A stretch of DNA of 44,244 nt from Parcubacteria group bacterium (GTDB taxonomy: Bacteria > Patescibacteriota > Minisyncoccia > JACQLN01): NCBI GenBank assembly GCA_016204035.1, contig JACQLN010000007.1:1-44244 (forward strand). The letters are read 5' to 3'. Position 1 is the stretch's first letter; the number at the start of each line of letters is the position of its first letter. The translations under genes and the position numbers were made by a program. Shown piece after piece: positions 23,745 through 31,638 of the stretch. Below the pieces are notes generated by a model. That model had not been told where the DNA came from, made no database searches, and was given only the letters and a program-made list of their open reading frames with translations.

Positions 23745-24410
23745 TTAGTCATTTTGTTGATATGTTACTCTTCTTATAATTTTTATTTCTTTGCCGAAAC
23801 GGCTGACGGCTTTAATTTCTAAAACATTCAGCCCCGGCAAAAGTTCAACATCCTTCTTAAAAGTCCCGCTGGCTTCGGGATAAACCGATTCGTTATTGAC
23901 CGTAAGCGCGGCGCCCGGCGAAACCCGACCAGCTAGTTCCAAAATTGCGGCCGTGCTGATAACGTCTTCCGTGGACGGGTTTTCCAGATCAAGATTGGGG
24001 CGTTCCAGAATAACTCTAAATTGCCACGAAACATACCCGATTACAAATATAACGGCAACTACGGCCAAAATTTTTCTAAAGGAAACATTTTTTAAAAAAA
24101 CCAACCTATCGAAATTTCGGCTATGGTTCGGACTAACCGGCAAAGCGCAAATTTTATTCCATTCAGTTTCGTATCTAGAAGCAACTTCGGCTTCGTCTAA
24201 ACCCACCGTCTGGGCGTATTTTTTTAGAAAACCCTTAACATATACGCCCGAAGGCAAGTCGCACCATTCGCCTTTTTCTATTTTTTTTAAGTGCTTGGCG
24301 GGAATGCCGGTTTTGGCCGACAAATCGCCAAAACGAAAACGCATAAACTTTCTTCTTTGAACCAAAAAATCGTTCAGTTTAAGATTGTCTTTGGTGGCGG
24401 CAATGGGCAC
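23745..24410 (-). CDS. RodZ-like cytoskeleton protein (HTH plus TM plus C-terminal domain)
   Basis: 221 aa: HLKKIEKGEW..LPSGVYVKGFLKKYAQTVGLD, then a TM segment. Confidence 0.65.
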   Translation of the reverse strand: MPIAATKDNLKLNDFLVQRRKFMRFRFGDLSAKTGIPAKHLKKIEKGEWCDLPSGVYVKGFLKKYAQTVGLDEAEVASRYETEWNKICALPVSPNHSRNFDRLVFLKNVSFRKILAVVAVIFVIGYVSWQFRVILERPNLDLENPSTEDVISTAAILELAGRVSPGAALTVNNESVYPEASGTFKKDVELLPGLNVLEIKAVSRFGKEIKIIRRVTYQQND

Positions 24411-24468
24411 ATTGGTAAATTTCTAATTTCTAATTCCTAATTTCTAAAATGCTGATCAGATAAATAGA

Positions 24469-26757
24469 TCAACTAGAAATTGCTGATTTCTCGCCTCCAT
24501 TATCCGGCCCATTAACTCCTGTGTCAACCCGACCAATAAGAACCTCTCTGGGCTTGGCGCCTTCACCTGGCCCTATTAGGCCTTGGGCTTCTAAAATATC
24601 CAGCAATCGGGCGGCCCGCGCGTAACCCACGCGCAACCGGCGTTGTAAAAGTGAAGCCGAGGCCTTGCCGGCCTGCATAATCGCCTCTTTGGCGGAAGGC
24701 AAAAGTTCATCTTCGTCTTCGTTTTCATCTACCCTATCAAAATCCACAGCCAAAGAAGTTTTACCTGACCCAAACGAAACTGAGGGGCTGCCGGCTACGG
24801 CTTTTTCCAAACCCAGGGCCTCGTCAGGATTAACATCGGGAGCGTCTTCGGGCAAATTGGATTTTATAAAGCCGACCACTTTTTTAACTTCTTTTTCCGA
24901 AACATAAGTGCCTTGGATTCTTTTGGGTTTGCCGGAATCGGCCGACACAAAAAGCATATCGCCCGAACCCAACAATTTTTCGGCGCCGGCCAAGTCTAAA
25001 ATAGTGCGCGAATCTATTTGCGAAGCCACCGCGAAAGCCGCGCGGGTGGTGATGTTGGCTTTGATCAAACCCGTAATAACCTCCACCGAAGGCCGCTGGG
25101 TGGCTAAAACCAAATGTATACCCACCGCCCGGGCCATCTGGGCCAAGCGCACCACCGCGCCTTCTATTTCCCGGCCGTAAGCGGCCATCAAATCGGCCAA
25201 CTCATCAATTATTATTACCAAGTAGGGCATTAAATCTTCACCTTTTTTGGCGTTGACTTGCGAATTATAGCCGGCAATATCCCTGACGCCTTTTTCCGAA
25301 AGCGCCGTGTAGCGGCGTTCCATTTCCGAAACCGACCACTTAAGCGCCGAGACGACTTTTTTGGGTTCCACCACCACCGGAGTCAGTAAATGAGGTATGC
25401 CGTTGTAAAGCGTCAGTTCCACCCGTTTGGGGTCCACCATAATGAAGCGCAAGATTTCGGGTGAATGCTGATACAGTAAATTGATAATCATGGAATTGAT
25501 GGCCACGCTTTTGCCCGAACCGGTGGCTCCGGCGATCAATAGATGGGGCATCTTGGTTAAAGTAGCCCAAACGGAACGCCCGGAAACGTCTTTGCCTAAA
25601 CCGATGTTAAGAAAGTTTTTTTGTTCCGATTGATCAAAAGATTGGAGCATGCCTTTTAAGCGGACCACCATGGATTTATGATTGGGAATTTCTATGCCCA
25701 CCAAAGATTTTCCCGGAATAGGCGCTTCTATTCTTATGGGATGCACCGCCAAGGCCAAAGAAAGATCGTTTTGCAACGCAGTGATTTTGGCCAGCTTGAC
25801 TCCAGTAGCCGGTTTCAAGGTAAATTGGGTTACCGCCGGACCGATGTTAACTTCGGACATTTCCACGGGTATGCCAAAGTTCTCCAAAGTTTTTTGGATG
25901 ATTACGGCATTGGCTTTAATATCGCCGGTGACCGGCATGGCGCCCTCGTCTTCCAATAAATCCACCGGCGGAAATTTATAACCGCCGGCTAAAGGCAAAA
26001 CATTGAACCCGAGCGTTCCTTCTTGTTTTTTTACGGCGGGTTCGGCGGGTTTAACCGGCGCGGTTTGGGGAGAATTTATGGTTACTGTCTCTACCGCCGG
26101 TTTAGGCGGTTCTATTTTTTTAACGGCCGACAGTTTGGTTTTATTGGCGAGAGTGGCCATTTTAGTCACCAACCCTTTTTCTAAAACCAGTTTTCTTTCG
26201 GGAACCATTTCGCCGGCTTCATCGGGCTTAAAAGTGATTTTTTCTTTTATTTGATCTTTTAAGGGAATGCGGAACGAAATTAAAATAGCCGAAAAAAAGA
26301 AGGCCGCAAAAAATATAAAAGAACCCCAGAAACCAAAAAGATACAAAAACGGCCAGCCAACGTAATAACCCGTTTCGCCGCCGGCATGGTTTTTGGACAA
26401 CAACTCAATAATTCCCAGAAAACTTAAAATCAACACCGCTCCGCCCACTATGGTTGAACCCAGTATCTTCTTTTTTTCGGAAAAAAGAATAAAAACCGCC
26501 ATCAAGAAAAACGTTAATGGCACAAAAAAACTGCCCGCGCCGAAAAGATATCCGGCGCCGTCGGTTATGGCTTGGGAAAACGATCCGGACAGGCCGAAAA
26601 AAGACAGGGTGGTAACCAAAGATAAAGCTAAAAGGATAATACCCACCACGCTCCGTTTGACGCTTGATTCCAAATGGAGCCAAGAAGACGATTTTTTTGA
26701 CCGGCGCTGTATTTTTCTGTCTGACTTTGAAAATTCTTTGTCGTTGAATGCGGGCAT
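24469..26757 (-). CDS. ftsK: DNA translocase FtsK
   Basis: 762 aa with N-terminal TM segments, GATGSGKS, IIDELADL, and a gamma domain (LLQRRLRVGYARAARLLD). Confidence 0.95.
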   Translation of the reverse strand: MPAFNDKEFSKSDRKIQRRSKKSSSWLHLESSVKRSVVGIILLALSLVTTLSFFGLSGSFSQAITDGAGYLFGAGSFFVPLTFFLMAVFILFSEKKKILGSTIVGGAVLILSFLGIIELLSKNHAGGETGYYVGWPFLYLFGFWGSFIFFAAFFFSAILISFRIPLKDQIKEKITFKPDEAGEMVPERKLVLEKGLVTKMATLANKTKLSAVKKIEPPKPAVETVTINSPQTAPVKPAEPAVKKQEGTLGFNVLPLAGGYKFPPVDLLEDEGAMPVTGDIKANAVIIQKTLENFGIPVEMSEVNIGPAVTQFTLKPATGVKLAKITALQNDLSLALAVHPIRIEAPIPGKSLVGIEIPNHKSMVVRLKGMLQSFDQSEQKNFLNIGLGKDVSGRSVWATLTKMPHLLIAGATGSGKSVAINSMIINLLYQHSPEILRFIMVDPKRVELTLYNGIPHLLTPVVVEPKKVVSALKWSVSEMERRYTALSEKGVRDIAGYNSQVNAKKGEDLMPYLVIIIDELADLMAAYGREIEGAVVRLAQMARAVGIHLVLATQRPSVEVITGLIKANITTRAAFAVASQIDSRTILDLAGAEKLLGSGDMLFVSADSGKPKRIQGTYVSEKEVKKVVGFIKSNLPEDAPDVNPDEALGLEKAVAGSPSVSFGSGKTSLAVDFDRVDENEDEDELLPSAKEAIMQAGKASASLLQRRLRVGYARAARLLDILEAQGLIGPGEGAKPREVLIGRVDTGVNGPDNGGEKSAISS

Positions 26758-26826
26758 TTTAGATAGGATGATACGGAAAAATCATACCATATAAAAAAAC
26801 CGAGCAACAGCCCGGTAACATCAAAG

Positions 26827-26855
26827 TTGACAAACTTTTAGCTATAGATTAAGAT
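26827..26855 (+). promoter_or_regulatory. Sigma70-type promoter of the small RNA operon
   Basis: TTGACA, 17-nt spacer, TAAGAT. Confidence 0.55.
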
Positions 26856-26871
26856 GGTTTTCTGTTCTTTA

Positions 26872-26954
26872 GGGGCGGTGCGGCGTGAGCCTCCTCTGGA
26901 CAGCCGGGGAAACCCTGCTGAAGATGGTATAAGTAAACCCATCCCCGCCCACCA
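26872..26954 (+). ncRNA. Cloverleaf-like (tRNA-like) structured RNA ending in ACCA, class unknown
   Basis: GGGCGG (26873-78) pairs with CCGCCC (26945-50) and is followed by ACCA. Three internal hairpins are present: GGC-GUGA-GCC; CAGCCGGG-GAAA-CCCUGCUG; GAUGG-11 nt-CCAUC. The last abuts the 3' acceptor-like strand. Confidence 0.4.
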
Positions 26955-26961
26955 ATTGTGT

Positions 26962-27059
26962 TCCGCGGTAGCTCAGAGTGTTGAAGGTACCTCTTCAACC
27001 GGCAGAGCCGCCAGCCGCGAGCTGGCAGGTCGGTGGTTCAAGTCCACCCCGCGGAACCA
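26962..27059 (+). tRNA. tRNA-Arg(GCG)-like gene with a 20-nt hairpin inserted in the D-loop and C at position 33
   Basis: Manual fold. The acceptor is TCCGCGG/CCGCGGA with A73 and an encoded CCA. The D stem is GCTC/GAGC, with the hairpin at 26980-26999 inside the loop. The anticodon stem is GCCAG/CTGGC with loop CCGCGAG. The variable loop is AGGTC and the T arm is GGTGG-TTCAAGT-CCACC. Confidence 0.7.
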
Positions 27060-27064
27060 ATCCC

Positions 27065-27096
27065 CCCTCCGGCGTCACCGCGTCGGAGGGATTTTT
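27065..27096 (+). terminator. Rho-independent terminator of the RNA operon
   Basis: CCCTCCG-12 nt-CGGAGGG followed by ATTTTT. Confidence 0.7.
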
Positions 27097-27113
27097 AATC
27101 ACCTGTCTTTAGA

Positions 27114-27863
27114 AAGGGCGGTCCTTCCCATAAATTTCCTAAGAATTTTCATTATTTTTATAAGAAAGCCAGTCAAAAACAAAATCTTTGAAGATTCTCT
27201 TTGAACCAAAATAATCCGGAAAAACTTCAGTATTCAAAATTTTCCTTTCCAATCTTTCAATACCAATATAATCAAAATAACTTGAGTAACTGTAATCACT
27301 CAAAAATTTCTGCGCAGCAAAACTATTCTTAATACCAATCTCTTTCCAGTTAGATTCTATCAATTTAATAGGATTCAAATGTATGTAGGCGAAAACATAC
27401 TTTAAATATTCATCTTTACTAATATGTTTTGCCTGAAACCTGCTTTGAAACAAGGAGCCGTCGCGCTCATATTTTTTATTGAAATACATAGAATAGCCAG
27501 TGGATACTTTACCCATAAATTTAGAAACACCTCCGACTTCTGTTTCTTTTACAAGTAAATGAAAATGATTCGGCATGAGTACATAAGCGCCTAGAGCAGT
27601 AATAAGGTCACCAGTATCTATGGACAGAATATCCCGGAAGGACCGCCCTTCCTGAATATGCTCTGCAATATCAACAGGATTGTTGCTATTGCAGAGATAA
27701 AGAAGCATTAAAAAACGTCTATAATCCATATCTGAACCAAATATAAACCTCTTATCTACACCCCGATTATAGATGTGATAATATTCATCCAAAGAAAAAT
27801 CAAAACCACGTTCCATATAACCTATTATAATCCCTTAGGAAATTTATGGGAAGGGCGGTCCTT
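27114..27863 (-). mobile_element. IS200/RAYT-like unit: a Y1 transposase gene bracketed by composite repeats
   Basis: A 17-bp perfect inverted repeat is present: CCCATAAATTTCCTAAG (27127-27143) with CTTAGGAAATTTATGGG (27834-27850). A 13-bp direct repeat AAGGGCGGTCCTT lies at 27114-27126 and 27851-27863. Confidence 0.65.
27139..27816 (-). CDS. IS200-like / REP-associated tyrosine (Y1, HUH) transposase
   Basis: 225 aa: YHIYNRG, HUH motif MPNHFHLLV, catalytic Tyr region YIHLNP. TATAAT lies 7 nt upstream of the ATG (leaderless). Confidence 0.8.
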   Translation of the reverse strand: MERGFDFSLDEYYHIYNRGVDKRFIFGSDMDYRRFLMLLYLCNSNNPVDIAEHIQEGRSFRDILSIDTGDLITALGAYVLMPNHFHLLVKETEVGGVSKFMGKVSTGYSMYFNKKYERDGSLFQSRFQAKHISKDEYLKYVFAYIHLNPIKLIESNWKEIGIKNSFAAQKFLSDYSYSSYFDYIGIERLERKILNTEVFPDYFGSKRIFKDFVFDWLSYKNNENS

Positions 27864-27869
27864 TTTAGA

Positions 27870-28484
27870 TTATGGAACAAATTCCGGGCCTTTGTCTTTG
27901 TAGGCCTTGATGAACTTTTTTATGCGCGCTGCGTCAAAATAATCAAATTTATCCAAACGCCCCCAAGCGGCCAAAGCAATCGGCGAATCGTTGGCCGAAC
28001 GGGGCGATAAAACAATTTTTCTTTTGTATTCCCCGGCCAAGCGTTTAAGATTATCCACCAGTTCGCTTGGAACATCGGGTCTATAGGTTATCCAAATGCC
28101 GCCGTGCTCCAGGTTATGAATCACGTTTTGATCTATCAACTCTTCATTATAGCTACCCCACTCCGTAGTTTGACCATAATGCCAGCCCGAGACCGGCGGA
28201 TTGGAAAGATAGATGCCCGGGATTGGCTGGCCCGGTTGAATATGCTCGGCCGGTTGAATAGGCACGGCCTCGCCGGGCTTATCGGCCTCTGATTTTTTAG
28301 CCCACAAATACGCGCCCCAAACCAAGGCCGCCAAAATCAAAACCGAAACGATCCATTTTAATAATTTCTTTCTTTTGCGCGAGGTCTCAAAACCGGCCCG
28401 GATATTTTCTTCTTCCTGGCGCCTTAGTTCCCTGCGATCTTTTTTAGACAACTCTGTCTGTGATTCTTGTGGTTGTTCTTCCAT
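27870..28484 (-). CDS. DUF3105-like membrane-anchored protein
   Basis: 204 aa with an N-terminal TM and the HNLEHGGIWITY motif. Confidence 0.6.
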   Translation of the reverse strand: MEEQPQESQTELSKKDRRELRRQEEENIRAGFETSRKRKKLLKWIVSVLILAALVWGAYLWAKKSEADKPGEAVPIQPAEHIQPGQPIPGIYLSNPPVSGWHYGQTTEWGSYNEELIDQNVIHNLEHGGIWITYRPDVPSELVDNLKRLAGEYKRKIVLSPRSANDSPIALAAWGRLDKFDYFDAARIKKFIKAYKDKGPEFVP

Positions 28485-28491
28485 GGACCAA

Positions 28492-28691
28492 GCGACACTA
28501 ATTATAGGGGGAATAAGTTCCGGCGCGGTTCTGCGAACGAGCGGGCATGGTTCCCCGAGGCCTGCCGAGGGGAGAGCGAGAGAGCAGTACCAGTGAGCGA
28601 GCTCGCTGGGTGAGCGAACGATAGCAGGAACTTATTCCCCTGAAACTACGAATAATTAGTAAATTCGTGTGCATTCGCATATTGGTGTCGC
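28492..28691. repeat. Intergenic element type 3 (GCGACAC...GTGTCGC termini) carrying a nested 133-nt GC-rich insertion
   Basis: Its termini and ACGAATAA/ATTCG motifs are shared with 32893-32972. The inner 14-bp perfect stem GGGGAATAAGTTCC/GGAACTTATTCCCC spans 28508-28640. Confidence 0.85.
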
Positions 28692-29383
28692 TATTTTAGA
28701 TATTTTTCAATAACATTCTTAAAACCGGTAAATGGATCGGCTTGGTTGACCCCTTCAACCAGTTCGCCGTTTATAAATGTGGCCGGCGTGCCGTTAACAC
28801 CCACCGAACGGCCGTAATCGGTATCGTCTTTGACGGCCTGGGTATATTTACCGCCATCTAAACAAGCGTCAAATACCGCTTGATCCAAACCCAACTCTCC
28901 GGCAAACTTTTTAAGATTATCTTTAACAAAAGCGCCTTGGTTCTCGCCGTTTTGGCGGTTAAACAAAACATCGTGATACTGCCAAAACTTGCCCTGGTCG
29001 TTGGCGCAACGAGCCGCCTCGGCCGCCCAAAAAGATTCCGGCCCCAAAAAGGCAAAATCGCGCCAAACCATTTTAACTTGCCCATTTTTTATGTATTGGT
29101 CGCGCAGGATCGGTTCAACTTGCTGAAAAAACAACTCACAAAAAGGGCATTGGTAATCGCCAAATTCCACTGCAGTAACCTTGGCATCGTCATTACCCAG
29201 CACCGGCAAATCGCCCAGTTCAACTTTTATAGGTTTGGCTCCGCCGACGGTGGCGGTGGTATCAATATTGCCGCTGCCCCTAAACCAAACCGCGCCGGCC
29301 ACTAACAGCCCAGCCACCACAATAGACATCGGCACCGAAAAAGAACTTTTAGTTGGTTGATTATTTGTTTCTTGCGGCTCCAT
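28691..29383 (-). CDS. DsbA-family thiol:disulfide oxidoreductase, membrane anchored
   Basis: 230 aa with the CPFC active site and an N-terminal TM. Confidence 0.8.
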   Translation of the reverse strand: MEPQETNNQPTKSSFSVPMSIVVAGLLVAGAVWFRGSGNIDTTATVGGAKPIKVELGDLPVLGNDDAKVTAVEFGDYQCPFCELFFQQVEPILRDQYIKNGQVKMVWRDFAFLGPESFWAAEAARCANDQGKFWQYHDVLFNRQNGENQGAFVKDNLKKFAGELGLDQAVFDACLDGGKYTQAVKDDTDYGRSVGVNGTPATFINGELVEGVNQADPFTGFKNVIEKYLK

Positions 29384-29446
29384 AATTTTATTTTAAGTTT
29401 AATTATTATTGCCTGAATGTTAGCAGATTAAATGCGGCCAGGCAAA

Positions 29447-29522
29447 CCCCGTTAGAAATAAGCCCCGAGGTTGCGGCGGGGCTGACGCCGTACCTTTTAG
29501 GTAAGGCGTATTTCTAACGGGG
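29447..29522. repeat. Y-shaped (three-way junction) intergenic element
   Basis: A 14-bp perfect closing stem CCCCGTTAGAAATA/TATTTCTAACGGGG encloses two hairpins: AGCCCC...GGGGCT and ACGCCGTACC...GGTAAGGCGT. Confidence 0.75.
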
Positions 29523-29526
29523 CAAA

Positions 29527-30321
29527 TTATTCGGAAATTATCACAAACACCTGTTTTAAGTCGCGCAAATTAAAAAACGGCCGCACCGACGATTTTTGAA
29601 ACGGCGAAGCAGCGTCCCGAGCAACCTTAACCACTTCCCCTACTAAAAGGCCCCTTCTAAAAACTCCCTCCAGACCGGACGTCAACAAAATCTGACCGGC
29701 CTTTAATTGCGCCTCTTTAAGCACTAAATCTAAAGTTAAAGCGCCACTGGCCGAACCGCTGACTACGCCTTTTATTTGGTCATCTTCAGAGGTTGCGGTT
29801 ACACGACTTTTAGACGAAGTTATCAATAATACTTGGCTTTCCTTTTGGCCCACATCCTTAATTTGGCCTACTAATATGTTACCCGGAAGAACCACCGTGT
29901 CATTAACCGTTAAACCATCCCTTTGGCCTTTGTCTATAACCAATGAATCGGCGGCCTGGAAAGGATCAAAAGAAAGAATTGCGCCTAAAACCATTCTGCG
30001 GCTGCCTTCTTTTTTTAAGTCCAGGGCCTGTCTTAAAAATTCGTTTTCCCGACTCACCCCTAATAATTTGAAATACTCGCCTCTAAAAAAATCGCGCTGG
30101 TTTTTCAAAAACAAGTTTTCCCGAATCACCCCTCTTACCCCAAAAACATTCTTAAAAAGAAAAAATCCTTCTTCTCCCCAACGTTCAACCGTTCCGGTAA
30201 CCGGACTCACGGTCCAGCGGCGAACCAAATTGACGGTAGAATCAAAAAAACCGACTCGGTCCAAAAAGAACAGGGCCAGAAAAGTTAATAAAAATAAAAA
30301 TATTTTCTGCCACCTAAACAT
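29527..30321 (-). CDS. mreC: Rod shape-determining protein MreC
   Basis: 264 aa with an N-terminal TM, a coiled coil, and the MreC beta-barrel region (VVLPGNILVGQI). Confidence 0.85.
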   Translation of the reverse strand: MFRWQKIFLFLLTFLALFFLDRVGFFDSTVNLVRRWTVSPVTGTVERWGEEGFFLFKNVFGVRGVIRENLFLKNQRDFFRGEYFKLLGVSRENEFLRQALDLKKEGSRRMVLGAILSFDPFQAADSLVIDKGQRDGLTVNDTVVLPGNILVGQIKDVGQKESQVLLITSSKSRVTATSEDDQIKGVVSGSASGALTLDLVLKEAQLKAGQILLTSGLEGVFRRGLLVGEVVKVARDAASPFQKSSVRPFFNLRDLKQVFVIISE

Positions 30322-30331
30322 AATAAGCGGA

Positions 30332-30428
30332 GTAGATTACCGCCGAGCGACTTCAAGGAGGTTCCAGTTAAATTATAAAGAGGGAGGATGGAAGAGCCCC
30401 TCCTTGCAGGAGCGAGGCGGAAATCTAC
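30332..30428. repeat. Structured intergenic element, type 1, copy C
   Basis: Closing stem GTAGATTACCGCC/GGCGGAAATCTAC; the core is identical to copy B. Lies 14 nt 3' of the mreB stop codon. Confidence 0.9.
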
Positions 30429-30442
30429 GAAGCAATGTAATT

Positions 30443-31504
30443 TTACTCTTTGGGCGTAGTTGCATACTCTTTGGCGGCTAAAAGTTCGCGGTATTTTTCG
30501 GTTTCTTCCAGCACAATGCCGGTGCCGCGAGCCACCGCGGTCAACGGGTCTTCGGCCACTTTTACGGCAATGCCGGTTTCTTTGTTTATCAATTCGTCTA
30601 TGCCTCTTAACAAACTGCCGCCGCCGGCCAGCACAATACCCCGCTTCATAATATCGCTTAAAAGTTCCGGCGGGGTTTGCTCCACTATCTCGCGCACCAC
30701 ATCCACCAAAGTTTTTACCGATTTCGTTATAGCTCTTTTCACTTCTTTAGACGTAACCACCACTTCTTTAGGCAGACCGGTAATAAGATCGCGGCCGCGC
30801 ATGGTGGTTTCCAGCTTTTCATTCAGATCCACCACGGCCGCCACCGCTATTTTAACATCCTCGGCCGTGCGCGGGCCTAAAAGCAAGTTGTATTCATCGC
30901 GGGCCAGCTGGATAATATCTTCATTCAGCCGTTCGCCGGCCACCCTTAAACTGCGCACGGCCACCAAACCGCCCAAAGATATCACCGCCACCTCGGTGGT
31001 GCCGCCGCCAATGTCCACAATCATGTTGCCCAGGGCCTCCTGAACCGGCAAGCGCGCGCCTAAAGCCGCGGCCACCGGCTCTTCTATAAGCATAACCTCC
31101 CGCGCGCCGGCGTTGCGGGCCGCTTCTTCCACCGCTTTTTTTTCCACCTCGGTTACGCCGGAAGGAATGCCTATCACCACCCGCGGCCGGGGCACCATAT
31201 AAAAAGAGTCGCCGTGGACTTTCTGAAAAAAATACTTAAGCATCTGTTCGGTAATATCAAAATCGGAAATCACGCCGTCCACCAGCGGTTTTACGGCGGC
31301 AATATGCCCGGGCGTGCGGCCGACCATTTTTCTGGCCTCGCGACCTATGGCTAAAATTTGTCCGGTCTTTTTGTTAATTGCCACCAACGAGGGCTCGTTA
31401 ATGACAATACCCCGGCCCTTAACATAAACAAGGGTGTTGACCGTTCCCAGATCAACACCGATGTCTTTGGCAAAATGACCAAACAGTCTATTGAGTAGAT
31501 ACAT
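30443..31504 (-). CDS. mreB: Rod shape-determining protein MreB (paralog 1)
   Basis: Actin-fold motifs DIGVDLGTVNTLVY and DIGGGTTEVAV. The start is set at MYLLNRLF (M12 of the track ORF). Confidence 0.9.
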   Translation of the reverse strand: MYLLNRLFGHFAKDIGVDLGTVNTLVYVKGRGIVINEPSLVAINKKTGQILAIGREARKMVGRTPGHIAAVKPLVDGVISDFDITEQMLKYFFQKVHGDSFYMVPRPRVVIGIPSGVTEVEKKAVEEAARNAGAREVMLIEEPVAAALGARLPVQEALGNMIVDIGGGTTEVAVISLGGLVAVRSLRVAGERLNEDIIQLARDEYNLLLGPRTAEDVKIAVAAVVDLNEKLETTMRGRDLITGLPKEVVVTSKEVKRAITKSVKTLVDVVREIVEQTPPELLSDIMKRGIVLAGGGSLLRGIDELINKETGIAVKVAEDPLTAVARGTGIVLEETEKYRELLAAKEYATTPKE

Positions 31505-31566
31505 ACTTAAATTCGAAATCCCAAATCCGAAATCCAAAACAATATCTAAATACTAAATTATAAACC

Positions 31567-31638
31567 CTAAACAGTTTAAGATTTGTGATTTTAATCATTG
31601 GAATTTGTTTAGAATTTAGTGCTTCGTGCTTCGGATTT
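31567..31638. repeat. 72-nt conserved intergenic element type 4, copy 1
   Basis: About 85% identical to 43891-43962. It ends ...TTTAGTGCTTCGTGCTTCGGATTT, abutting the proS stop codon. Confidence 0.85.

Noticed and set aside
26872-26954. A riboswitch (TPP, ZTP, fluoride and others) or SRP RNA assignment for the RNA upstream of the tRNA
   Set aside because: The consensus boxes I can recall (CUGAGA/ACCUGAUCUGG, GGGUCG...CCGCCUGGGC, GGAAGCAGC) are absent, so it is left unclassified.
27114-27863. The RAYT-like transposase as the demonstrated mobiliser of the intergenic hairpin families
   Set aside because: I found no sequence similarity between its flanking repeats and any hairpin family in the window. 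It is kept only as a hypothesis in the findings.
28498-28680. 60-aa - strand ORF
   Set aside because: It lies wholly within the type 3 repeat element and its nested hairpin insert.
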